A stretch of DNA of 63,850 bases, the filler included. It is 4 parts of 4 records of this genome, joined end to end, with 100 filler letters (N's around TTAATTAATTAA, not from the genome) between each part and the next. Parts side by side here need not be neighbours in the genome. Positions count along the whole stretch, not along the records: positions 14,939 to 43,143 come from SRR20825006_1687; positions 43,244 to 63,850 come from SRR20825006_1691; 2 more parts are not named here. One strand, given 5' to 3'. Below the pieces are notes generated by a model. The model was not told the origin of the DNA. It saw only the letters and a program-made list of their open reading frames with translations, and made no database searches. Of the stretch, positions 34,867 to 43,359 are shown one piece after another; position 1 is the stretch's first letter, and each line of letters starts with the position of its first letter. Made by a program: the position numbers and the translations under genes.

Positions 34867-37528
34867 GGGGTGCCTCCCTTTCTGCTTTCAGCTTGTTAAA
34901 CACTTCGATTCGTTCATAAGGATCTGTGGCCTTCTCGAACGCTATTTCACGAAGCTTTTTGTCCTCACCACGGGTGTTCATAAGATCAAGCACCAGCGGC
35001 GGAAATTTCAGGAACAGCTTGTGCCAGACGCCAAGCTCCTGAACGAGCCCTTCCCTATAGCCCTTCTTGTTCATCACATCCGGCGATCCGAACTGCCGCC
35101 ACGCTCCAACAATGGAGGGCGGCATCTGTAGCAATTCGCCGATTTCTGCATGGGAATCCTCGCGACTCAACAAGGTTCGGTTCTGAATACTGGAAAGCGA
35201 TTCCGAATCGACTGACCGAATTTCCTCAATACCCTGAGTAATCCGTGTTAGGCCAACCCAGTCTTTCCGGCCCATTCGATCCAGTGTCAAAGTAATCCAA
35301 CGGATTGGGTCTCCAGCGTTCTGCAGAAGCATTCGATACTCGTTGAGAACAATCTGAGACCGAGCGCCCCGAGACATTGCGTTCGTTGCGAGACGAACCA
35401 CCATGAAGGTCATGTAGAACTGGAAAAGTTCTCCTGTAAAACCGCCGAAATCAATCGCGTTGGCAATTGGGGAAATGGTGAACTGATCTTGACTCTTAAA
35501 GGCGCTGCCAACTTCCGTCTCCAGAAACTCGAACAGCTCTGAACACAGAGAATCTTGTGCGGTTTTCTGGCCCTCAGAACTGATCTCAATGCGCTTTAGC
35601 GCCTCAAGTACATCAGGCAATGTCGGTGCCGGCTGATCACTTGGTTCGCCGTACAGCAGCCTCAGAGCCCTGTTAACGCAGACCTCTTCAGGCCGGGTGA
35701 ATGGTGAACCGGCGAGCCCTTTAAAGATCGGCGTAAGCATATCGGACTGGGAGCGGATAAAATCAACGTCAATTGTGCCGTGGCCACGCTCCGTCATGAT
35801 TTTGGCCTGCTGATACTCTTCGTACCCGGCCAGAGGGTTTATAACCTGCTCACGCGCGCGACAATAGGAGCCACCCACCGCTTCAACCGCTGCTTGGTAG
35901 CTGTTCCCCATTTCGATAATGTCGTAGCGGATCAGCGGGTAGGTTTCGAGAAACCGCAGGCCGAACTGAGTGTCTTTGCCCCCCCCGGTCTGTGCGACAA
36001 CTAACTCATGAGGCACTTCTACGCGACTGGGAGCAAAACCAACCAGCTGGCCAGACATGGTAATTCGCAGGCTTTCCGGATGCTCAGTGTTGCCCTGTGC
36101 AAAGGTGGTCACTGGCATCATCGCTGCCAGCACATCGCCGTGATCCTCACGGGCAAAGAAGCTATTGCGCCCCATGCCAGGTAACCGGATATCGAAGAGG
36201 TCGTGTTGCAGATCCGCATTATCCCGGACCAACCCGCCTTCCTTATGGACGGCCCGCTTGAAAGTGGCGGCCTGTTGTTTGACCTGGGCTGCGCTTTGGC
36301 CAGAGAAAGTCACCATGTAGGCGTTGTCTGCGACTGGGAGATTGTTATGAATGACATACTCCCGATAGCCGCTGGATTCACGGATTTTGGCAACGGACCT
36401 ATCCGCTCCCCGCTTACGCGAAATGGTATCTGACTCGTAGTCCGACTGTTTACGAGCCTCATCCATTGCCTTATCGACAGCTTTAGGGATGACAATCTGG
36501 CAGGCATGAAGGTCTACCGGCGCTTCCAGGAAACCGAGCGTCCAGCTGAGGGGTAAATCCGGGTATCCTTGCAGCAGGCAGGTTTTGAAGTAACGCCCAT
36601 TCAGCTTCAGGCACTCGTCCTCAAGGGCTGGCTTCTCGGTGACAATCTGATCCGCCAAAGGAAAGCGCCATTCCACATTGTAAGCGGCCGCATCAGGACA
36701 CCGTACCCGCTGAATGGAACGCTGATAATCATCGGCGGATAGCAGCGCGGCACCGGGAAAATCCGCCTCTACCTGCTTGAATAGCTCCAGTAGGTGAGCG
36801 TAGAGGTCCTGGGCATTCCGGTTCCGTCGCGCCATAACTGGCTTAACAAAATCAAGAACACCTGTTTTGACCGGCTTGCCCATCGACAAAACGGTGATGG
36901 CCTGGTTGGACCTTGCCAGCGGACGATACTGATCGACTAACCGTTCACGAATATCCCGAACGATCGGCGGCATCGGCTGGTTCTGATGCATAGCCTCAGC
37001 TTCGCGAAGATAGGCGTCAGCCAACTGACTATCCTGAACGCGCAGCAGGTGGTTTTCGACCACAAGGCCCGGGTGATCACTTAATGCCCGCAACAGTGCA
37101 ACACGGCGGCGGTGCTCATTCGCCCGCTCTGGTTCACTCCAATGGCGATCTTTAACACCGTCCCAACCGATGGCGACAGACACACTGTCACCCTGGTGCA
37201 TCAGCCCATGATCGCCAATTCGGGTCTGCCAGGTGAATCCGTCTAGGTAGGTTTTCTGGTTGCTGCCGCCCCAGCTCCGCAACAGCTTTTTCCGCTTTCC
37301 ACGTTCCATAGACTTCCTTATCAACGTGTAGTCGTGCCACCGGAGGGTGTCGACGATGAAAACAACAATTCCAAAGCTTCCGATCAAAAATACGATTTTG
37401 ACCGGAAAAAGCGGGACCACTACCGCCATTAGCACAAACACCAGAATCAAGGGTGCCGTGAAAAAGACCGGCTCCGGCAAACCCGCAATGCGCTTTGGCT
37501 CAATGCGCTTGTTGAACGCCGAAATCAT
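34844..37528 (-). CDS. virB4: VirB3-VirB4 fusion-type T4SS ATPase
   Basis: N-terminal two-TM VirB3-like part; 'HELVVAQTGGGKD', 'IIEMGNSY', 'INPL', 'PTL.D', 'IVLNE', 'RMGRK', 'ITQ'. Confidence 0.8.
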   Translation of the reverse strand: MISAFNKRIEPKRIAGLPEPVFFTAPLILVFVLMAVVVPLFPVKIVFLIGSFGIVVFIVDTLRWHDYTLIRKSMERGKRKKLLRSWGGSNQKTYLDGFTWQTRIGDHGLMHQGDSVSVAIGWDGVKDRHWSEPERANEHRRRVALLRALSDHPGLVVENHLLRVQDSQLADAYLREAEAMHQNQPMPPIVRDIRERLVDQYRPLARSNQAITVLSMGKPVKTGVLDFVKPVMARRNRNAQDLYAHLLELFKQVEADFPGAALLSADDYQRSIQRVRCPDAAAYNVEWRFPLADQIVTEKPALEDECLKLNGRYFKTCLLQGYPDLPLSWTLGFLEAPVDLHACQIVIPKAVDKAMDEARKQSDYESDTISRKRGADRSVAKIRESSGYREYVIHNNLPVADNAYMVTFSGQSAAQVKQQAATFKRAVHKEGGLVRDNADLQHDLFDIRLPGMGRNSFFAREDHGDVLAAMMPVTTFAQGNTEHPESLRITMSGQLVGFAPSRVEVPHELVVAQTGGGKDTQFGLRFLETYPLIRYDIIEMGNSYQAAVEAVGGSYCRAREQVINPLAGYEEYQQAKIMTERGHGTIDVDFIRSQSDMLTPIFKGLAGSPFTRPEEVCVNRALRLLYGEPSDQPAPTLPDVLEALKRIEISSEGQKTAQDSLCSELFEFLETEVGSAFKSQDQFTISPIANAIDFGGFTGELFQFYMTFMVVRLATNAMSRGARSQIVLNEYRMLLQNAGDPIRWITLTLDRMGRKDWVGLTRITQGIEEIRSVDSESLSSIQNRTLLSREDSHAEIGELLQMPPSIVGAWRQFGSPDVMNKKGYREGLVQELGVWHKLFLKFPPLVLDLMNTRGEDKKLREIAFEKATDPYERIEVFNKLKAEREAPREKESLI

Positions 37529-37882
37529 TTAAAACAGCCCACCAATGAAGCCGAAGATGATGTGAACAATCCCGGACACCAGCAACACGATGACGCTCAC
37601 TTTGATCGCAGACATCCCCTTCTCGCTTTGCCCGACTACCGGCAAGCAGAGCAAGAGTCCGATTACCAGCGTGATAATTCCGCCGGCATACACAAAGTAA
37701 AGAATGAACTCCACGATTTGAGTCACCGAGCTATCGAGCTGAGAGGTATCCCCGCCCCCCTCCATAAGGGAGGGCCGATCAACATCTATAGCCGACGCTG
37801 TTTTGGCCTGAAACAGAAACCAAAGGGACGCGACCATGGCTCCAACGTATTTAATGAACTTCAAAAACTGCTTTCCATACAT
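37529..37882 (-). CDS. VirB2/TrbC-like propilin
   Basis: AAGGAG RBS, long signal peptide (ASA), two hydrophobic helices; first gene before virB4. Confidence 0.65.
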   Translation of the reverse strand: MYGKQFLKFIKYVGAMVASLWFLFQAKTASAIDVDRPSLMEGGGDTSQLDSSVTQIVEFILYFVYAGGIITLVIGLLLCLPVVGQSEKGMSAIKVSVIVLLVSGIVHIIFGFIGGLF

Positions 37883-37938
37883 AACACTTCTCCTTTTTAA
37901 GTACATACTATGCTACCCCCATCACAACATCAGTGCAA

Positions 37939-40713
37939 TTAAATGAACTGACTCAAACCTCTTGGCTTAACCTGACTTTGTTTCCTGTCCTTCACCCTCT
38001 CCTTTGTTCGGGCAAGCTCAGGCACCGTTAACGCCTCAGTGTTGTCACCGGATCGTCGAATTAATGCCTGCTTTAGTTTGCTCCGATCATCAACAAACAC
38101 CTTCAAATCATGGGAAGCACGGGTAACTGAGACCATAAAGCTACGCTGGTTAACGGTGTTCTTGCGGTAGGATTCCATCACGGCCAAAACCTCTCGATTG
38201 GTCTTGCCCTGAACGCCATAGGCGGTACGTGCGTAGTCGTGCTCAAAGTGACGATGCCGGAAATCTGTTAGCGGCAGGCTATAGCTCTTGCCTTTGGTAT
38301 CCTCTAATCGAACCCAGTCCTTCGTACTCCGAACAACTTTCATTTCCGTATTTCGTTTGAGCCCGTCCTGATTGCTGTTATCAAGCCAACGCAAACGATC
38401 ACCCTTTGCCAGCGCTGTCGATTCCTCAGTAAAAACCTGGAGACCACCAGGACGATTTGCACCAACGCGACTTGGGTCAATACAGACAACCCGGCTGTCG
38501 CTTTGCGCCCTTAACGCAATAACATTGGTGTCGCGATTGGTGCCGATGACTTGGAAGTATTCGTGTCGATTAATAGATAGCTTCGCTTTAGCGTCACGGT
38601 GCTGGTAATTGAAACGAACGTACTGGCCTTTCTCATACTGCCCTGCCAACTTTTTCTCTTGATCGGTCAGCTGAACATCCGAGAATGAGGACACGGTGAC
38701 CTCTTTGCCAGATATAACCCCCTCTGCCCTCAAGCCCTCGCGAATCATTGTGTTTATCTGACTGCGCTGTTCGTTGGTCGGCGCGACAATCAGTGTTTCT
38801 GCTCGTCGTTCCGGCGATCTACTCAGATATTCAGCAGACAATGCTTCTAGGGGCTCATTACGATTAAGGGGGTCTTTGGCAGTGACCACCTGACCCGCCC
38901 GGTCCATAGCCTCAAAAGCCTCTCCATAACGCTTTGCCATGACATGATCGACCACATCCCGAAGCTGGTCCGTTTTCTGGCGCATGCGCTTATCTATCGT
39001 TGCCAGCTCAATGCCCGCATCCTGAAGCTGCTTAAAACCACGCCCTGCGCCTACTGACTCCAGCTGTTGGTGATCCCCGACGAATAGCACCCGCGCATCC
39101 TTTTGCTGAGCTTGCGCCATCAACTGGTTCAGCTTGTCAGTACCAAGCATTGACGATTCATCGACAATCCAGACCTGTTTGGTAAAGCGCCCCCCCTTCT
39201 CCTGGGCGAATCGGTCCACCAAAAAGCGATCCACCGTCATGCCTGGCACCGAGAGACTTTTAGTCATTTCATTGACCGCTTGATAGGAGGGCGCAAACCC
39301 CATCACCTGGAAACCGCTTTTCTCCAAAAGCTGCTTATAAGCTTTCAGAGTTGTTGTTTTGCCCACACCAGGATCACCTTGAATCCCGAAAAACCGGGAT
39401 TGAGTCTGCACGGCGGACATGACAGCGGCTTGCTGCTGATCGTTTAGGCCTGTTTTCTTCAGAAATGACTCTGCCTTTTTTGCGCCAACCAGCGCTTTTC
39501 CATTGGCGGCAAGCTGCCCAGCCGCCAAGTGGTCAATCAGGCGTTGTTCCGTCTGTTTCGCGGCCCTCGTGGTCCACAGCGGGTCCTTGCGATCTGTGTC
39601 CGAATGCTCCCGCGCCTCGACCAGACCGGCACCACGCTTCAATCTTTGAATCTCAGCATCCAGGGACGAATAGTCAGTGCGCCCCAAACCCAGCCGCATT
39701 GTTTCCTTTTTCAACTCCAGTTCCGTGAAGCTCATATCCTTTTCGAGCAAATGACTAATGGCATTTTGCACATCACGGCGAAGAAATTTTTTATCTGCCG
39801 CCGCTGTCCCGTCGCCAGATCCTGGTAATGCCCGCCTGTCAGTAATAGCCGCCGAAAGCGCGTAGCCGTCAGCTCGCTCCTTCCAAATCGCCCCCAACTC
39901 TTCCCTGGGAATTGCTTCTTTCCGGCGACGGGTCAATAAGGCGACCTGTTTCGCATAGGCACTGTCATAAGGCAGGCCACGATCCTCAAAGTAAGCTTTG
40001 ATCTGCCCTGCTCGCTTACTAAATTCCGTCATCAGCTCATCCGGAATACCTTCAATCTCAAAAAGACGGGGGTCGCGGTGTTGCTGGAGGGAAAAGCCAC
40101 GCTCTCGAAGCTCGCGGGCAAGCGCCATACGGTACGCCATACCACCTTCCATGATGGCGTTGCGATCAATCAGGTTTTCATTGGCAATTGAGCGCCAACC
40201 ATGCGGCGTTTTCGTAGCATTAAGGAGTACAGCATGGGTGTGAAGTTGCGGGTCCAGCTCGCGGGATACGTCGTGAGTGAACGTGGCAAACACGGCGTTC
40301 TTTGCAGGCAAACGAACGACTTCCCCGTTAACGGACAAACGCGTCTGCAGATAGGATCTCTCGATATGCGCCAGGGCTTCTTTTACAGCCCTGTTGTGCG
40401 ACTCCCTCACATCAGGCAGGTCATAAACTTCACTGAGAATAGAGACCGATTTGGGCGCACTAAACGTCAAGTCCCAACCAGGCCGATGCTCAACACCCTC
40501 CTTGGTTGAGCGGCCTAACCGCTCGCCATCTACCTCGCCGTTTAGTAATGCTGAAAAGCGATCCGGATCGACCTGCCCGGACAAACCCAGCTCATGACAA
40601 CCAAGCCCCACCCACTCAGAATGCTCAATACCCTGATCCTGAGTATAGTAATTGTCATGGGAGTAGTAGCGCGTAGCATCGCCCGCATTTGTTACTGCAC
40701 TGACTGTTAACAT
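37939..40713 (-). CDS. trwC: MOBF relaxase-helicase (TrwC/TraI family)
   Basis: 'YY.HDNYY', 'DLTFSAPKSVS', 'HDVSRELDPQLHTH'; helicase motifs 'QGDPGVGKTT', 'VDESSM', 'VGD..QL', 'QGKT'. Confidence 0.95.
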   Translation of the reverse strand: MLTVSAVTNAGDATRYYSHDNYYTQDQGIEHSEWVGLGCHELGLSGQVDPDRFSALLNGEVDGERLGRSTKEGVEHRPGWDLTFSAPKSVSILSEVYDLPDVRESHNRAVKEALAHIERSYLQTRLSVNGEVVRLPAKNAVFATFTHDVSRELDPQLHTHAVLLNATKTPHGWRSIANENLIDRNAIMEGGMAYRMALARELRERGFSLQQHRDPRLFEIEGIPDELMTEFSKRAGQIKAYFEDRGLPYDSAYAKQVALLTRRRKEAIPREELGAIWKERADGYALSAAITDRRALPGSGDGTAAADKKFLRRDVQNAISHLLEKDMSFTELELKKETMRLGLGRTDYSSLDAEIQRLKRGAGLVEAREHSDTDRKDPLWTTRAAKQTEQRLIDHLAAGQLAANGKALVGAKKAESFLKKTGLNDQQQAAVMSAVQTQSRFFGIQGDPGVGKTTTLKAYKQLLEKSGFQVMGFAPSYQAVNEMTKSLSVPGMTVDRFLVDRFAQEKGGRFTKQVWIVDESSMLGTDKLNQLMAQAQQKDARVLFVGDHQQLESVGAGRGFKQLQDAGIELATIDKRMRQKTDQLRDVVDHVMAKRYGEAFEAMDRAGQVVTAKDPLNRNEPLEALSAEYLSRSPERRAETLIVAPTNEQRSQINTMIREGLRAEGVISGKEVTVSSFSDVQLTDQEKKLAGQYEKGQYVRFNYQHRDAKAKLSINRHEYFQVIGTNRDTNVIALRAQSDSRVVCIDPSRVGANRPGGLQVFTEESTALAKGDRLRWLDNSNQDGLKRNTEMKVVRSTKDWVRLEDTKGKSYSLPLTDFRHRHFEHDYARTAYGVQGKTNREVLAVMESYRKNTVNQRSFMVSVTRASHDLKVFVDDRSKLKQALIRRSGDNTEALTVPELARTKERVKDRKQSQVKPRGLSQFI

Positions 40714-40729
40714 CCTTGTTCCTCTTCTC

Positions 40730-42577
40730 CTAAATCAGCGGCTCAATTCCGTCGAGCGGCGAAGTTTTAGCGGTAGCCTGCGGCCTACTGCCTTTCGAGT
40801 CCTCAGAATTCCGAAGCATTGGCGGCATAGCTCGTGGGATGAACGGTGTCGCCACATCCGGCCAGTCTTTGTACTTGAATACCGTCTTCGAGGTGGGCCA
40901 GTCACCAGCAAAACGCACAAAAGCCGTCAGATCCGGAACCGTGGCAATCTCTGAAGCGGTCACCAGTGCTTGCTTCTCTCGTCGGTCTGAGGCGTTAAGA
41001 TTGTCGTTGGTACCGAACGAGATCCCCTGCTGCTCCGACATAACGTCTTCTTCCAGGAGCATCTTGCTGTTCCACTCTGCAGCGTCCGGCTCACTGGTTC
41101 GGAAAACGAGCTTCGTACCCAGCATCGACATGATGCTCTTTACGGATTTTTCGCCGTAAATTTCCTGAAGCTCGTTCACACTGGCAAACCCTAGCAACAT
41201 TCGAAGGCCATGCTTTCGACCCTCAAAAACCCCTTTACCAAGAGCATTAATTTTTTCAAAACTTTGAAGCTCATCAACCGCGGCCCATATCACCCTTTCC
41301 GACGACTTTGGCAATGACAAAACGGCCTTCACCAGCGTATCAATCCAGGCTGTGATTACAGGGTTCACACTGTCCAGTTGATCCTCTGTTACGCGAATAA
41401 AGATCCACCCTTTTTGCGAGTCATCAGCTGCCCATTTCCTGAAAGAAAATTGCTCTCGTTTTTCAAGGCCTCGCAAGTACCAAAAGCTCCGGATTTTTGG
41501 AACCAATGTGCCGATAACGGACATGGCATGTTCTGGAGAGCTGGGGTCAATAACCATGTCTGCGAGGGTGCCTTTAAGCAGCTCATTGACGCCTCGAATT
41601 TTGATGATCTGGTCTTCGCCAAGGGCATCTTGTTCGACATGCTCATGCGCCACTGTGAGAACGTCCACCAGGTCATCAATGGTGGTTCTTCCCTCTTCTT
41701 TAAGCCGATAAAATAGCCACGACAGAACCGTAAGCGTTGCTTCCGGCCAATGCTCATTTCCACCGGATGATCCCTGAATTAATGGAACAAAGGACTTGGC
41801 CAAACGCTCAAAATCAAACAGGTCATCGCCTTCGTTATAGGGTGTCCAACCAAGAGAACGATCATCAAACGGTGATAGTATTTTGTCCGTTTTTGGATCA
41901 AAAAGATGCTGAGTAAACTCACCTGTTTTATCGACAATAACGCCCTTGTGGCCCTGGGCCTTTGCCCAGCTGACAACCGCCAAAAGAGCCTGGCTTTTAC
42001 CAGTTCCGGTATCGCCAGAAAATCCCATATGCCGATTCTCCAGTGAACGCAACATGGGGATATTTCCCAGCATCAAAGGCGAGTCATTTTTCAGCCGTTT
42101 TATTGCCGCTGAAAGCTCGCCGGCACTTGCAAAATTCCCCCCTCGTATAAACTCAGAATCGGACCTTCGACCCTGGTATCGGATCAAAACAATGGACAAA
42201 AGATAAACACCGATCAGAGCGACCGGAAGGGCACCAATACCGGAATAAATAGCGTTAGTTTCAACACCTTTTTTTGACTCAATCAGAGCTGAAACACCAC
42301 CACGCTGACTAACAACAAAACTTGATTGAGTTCCATTTTGACGATGAAGGGTCATTACTTCCCTGCTCGGGAAATAGCCCGCGTTCATCCCACCAGCAAT
42401 CTGGTAGGCCGTCCAGTTCCTGAAATCATAGAGAGGGGTAAGCAGTGAAAAAATACCTGCAAAAGAAACGATATAGAAAAGGAAAAAAAAGCCTACAACG
42501 AGACCAATAGAACTTCCCTTTAATGAAACACCCGTGGTCGCCCTTCGGTATCCTTTCCAAAGATCAATGGTGCTCAT
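40730..42577 (-). CDS. trwB: Type IV coupling protein (TrwB/TraD family)
   Basis: Two N-terminal TMs, 'GDTGTGKS', 'PFDDRS..W', 'VDEL', 'EGRKHG', 'L..IYG'. Confidence 0.92.
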   Translation of the reverse strand: MSTIDLWKGYRRATTGVSLKGSSIGLVVGFFFLFYIVSFAGIFSLLTPLYDFRNWTAYQIAGGMNAGYFPSREVMTLHRQNGTQSSFVVSQRGGVSALIESKKGVETNAIYSGIGALPVALIGVYLLSIVLIRYQGRRSDSEFIRGGNFASAGELSAAIKRLKNDSPLMLGNIPMLRSLENRHMGFSGDTGTGKSQALLAVVSWAKAQGHKGVIVDKTGEFTQHLFDPKTDKILSPFDDRSLGWTPYNEGDDLFDFERLAKSFVPLIQGSSGGNEHWPEATLTVLSWLFYRLKEEGRTTIDDLVDVLTVAHEHVEQDALGEDQIIKIRGVNELLKGTLADMVIDPSSPEHAMSVIGTLVPKIRSFWYLRGLEKREQFSFRKWAADDSQKGWIFIRVTEDQLDSVNPVITAWIDTLVKAVLSLPKSSERVIWAAVDELQSFEKINALGKGVFEGRKHGLRMLLGFASVNELQEIYGEKSVKSIMSMLGTKLVFRTSEPDAAEWNSKMLLEEDVMSEQQGISFGTNDNLNASDRREKQALVTASEIATVPDLTAFVRFAGDWPTSKTVFKYKDWPDVATPFIPRAMPPMLRNSEDSKGSRPQATAKTSPLDGIEPLI

Positions 42578-42887
42578 AGTCGATTCCATTCTCCAGGATG
42601 AGACTCTTCATCTCTGGCAGCTCTTCCCTGAACTGCCTATCCATTTCAATCAATACTTCATCGCCACGTGATTTCACGAGCTGGCGCATAAAGTACAAGG
42701 TTTTAAGCGACACTAATTCAAGCCGACGCTCTTGTTTCGTGAGCTTTTCACGAAGATCGAGGCCGTCTTTTATTAACGCAGATATGTGGTGCGAGCGAGT
42801 CTTGATGGGGCTGGCATCGATCGTCTGTTGGATCTCAGCCAGTAACTCACTATCAATATCGAAGGATATTTTCACTTTCCCTGTCAT
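42564..42887 (-). CDS. Ribbon-helix-helix relaxosome accessory protein (TrwA-like)
   Basis: AGGGAG RBS before ATG 42887; 'KVKISFDIDSELL.EI...TRSHHISALIKDGL'; lies between oriT and the T4CP gene. Confidence 0.75.
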   Translation of the reverse strand: MTGKVKISFDIDSELLAEIQQTIDASPIKTRSHHISALIKDGLDLREKLTKQERRLELVSLKTLYFMRQLVKSRGDEVLIEMDRQFREELPEMKSLILENGIDYEHH

Positions 42888-42899
42888 AGCTAACTCCCT

Positions 42900-43045
42900 G
42901 TTAAGCCGACAATAATATATCGTATTATTCAATAATCTACAATAATACATAATATAATAGAATGTAATATAATGCAAAAGCAATAAAATCAGTATCTTGC
43001 AGCGCTTTATACCTGCAACGATAGTTGCGTATGGTATGTAGCTCC
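42900..43045 (+). other. oriT with predicted nic site between 43037 and 43038
   Basis: GCAAC-GATA-GTTGC-GTATGGTAT^GTAG parallels the R388 nic GCACC-GAAA-GGTGC-GTATTGTCT^ATAG; AT-rich ACAATAATA repeats on the trwA side. Confidence 0.8.
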
Positions 43046-43117
43046 ACGGAGCGAAGCGACGGGGGGCTACCCCCCGGCGAATCGAGGAGGCCGACCAGGC
43101 CGACATCCTTTGAGCCC

Positions 43118-43143
43118 TCCCATTTCGGCGCGCCGAAATGGGA
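43118..43143. repeat. Perfect 26-bp palindrome at the contig end
   Basis: TCCCATTTCGGCG|CGCCGAAATGGGA. Confidence 0.9.
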
Positions 43144-43243
43144 NNNNNNNNNNNNNNNNNNNNNNNNNNNNNNNNNNNNNNNNNNNNTTAATTAATTAAN
43201 NNNNNNNNNNNNNNNNNNNNNNNNNNNNNNNNNNNNNNNNNNN
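43144..43243. other. Artificial contig spacer
   Basis: N44-TTAATTAATTAA-N44. Confidence 0.98.
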
Positions 43244-43359
43244 TGGATTAAATCCCTCATTGAGGGTTTTATTTCCTGACGTTTTAAGTCGAAATGGATT
43301 AAATTATTATTCTATAAAGACCGCGTGAGTTTACCACGAGGTAGTAAATTAAAGAAACT

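Larger units (their letters stand above)
14939..43143. mobile_element. Probable ~28-kb conjugative plasmid (Rep_3 iteron replicon, MOBF relaxase, T4SS) of gammaproteobacterial character
   Basis: Rep plus iterons plus DnaA box, resolvase, KfrA, relaxase/T4CP/T4SS and oriT all lie on one contig. GC content and SD usage differ sharply from the flanking contigs. Confidence 0.9.

Noticed and set aside
42888-43106. 73-aa N-terminal extension of the RHH protein in the ORF track
   Set aside because: It spans the oriT; a good SD precedes ATG 42887.
14939-43143. Genomic island/ICE integrated in the flavobacterial chromosome
   Set aside because: The boundaries are artificial spacers with no att repeats or tRNA; the recombinase is resolvase-type and a full plasmid replicon is present.
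43251-43345. Imperfect palindromes upstream of the P1B-ATPase as IS ends
   Set aside because: They are short and degenerate, at a contig edge, with no transposase; they cannot be assigned.
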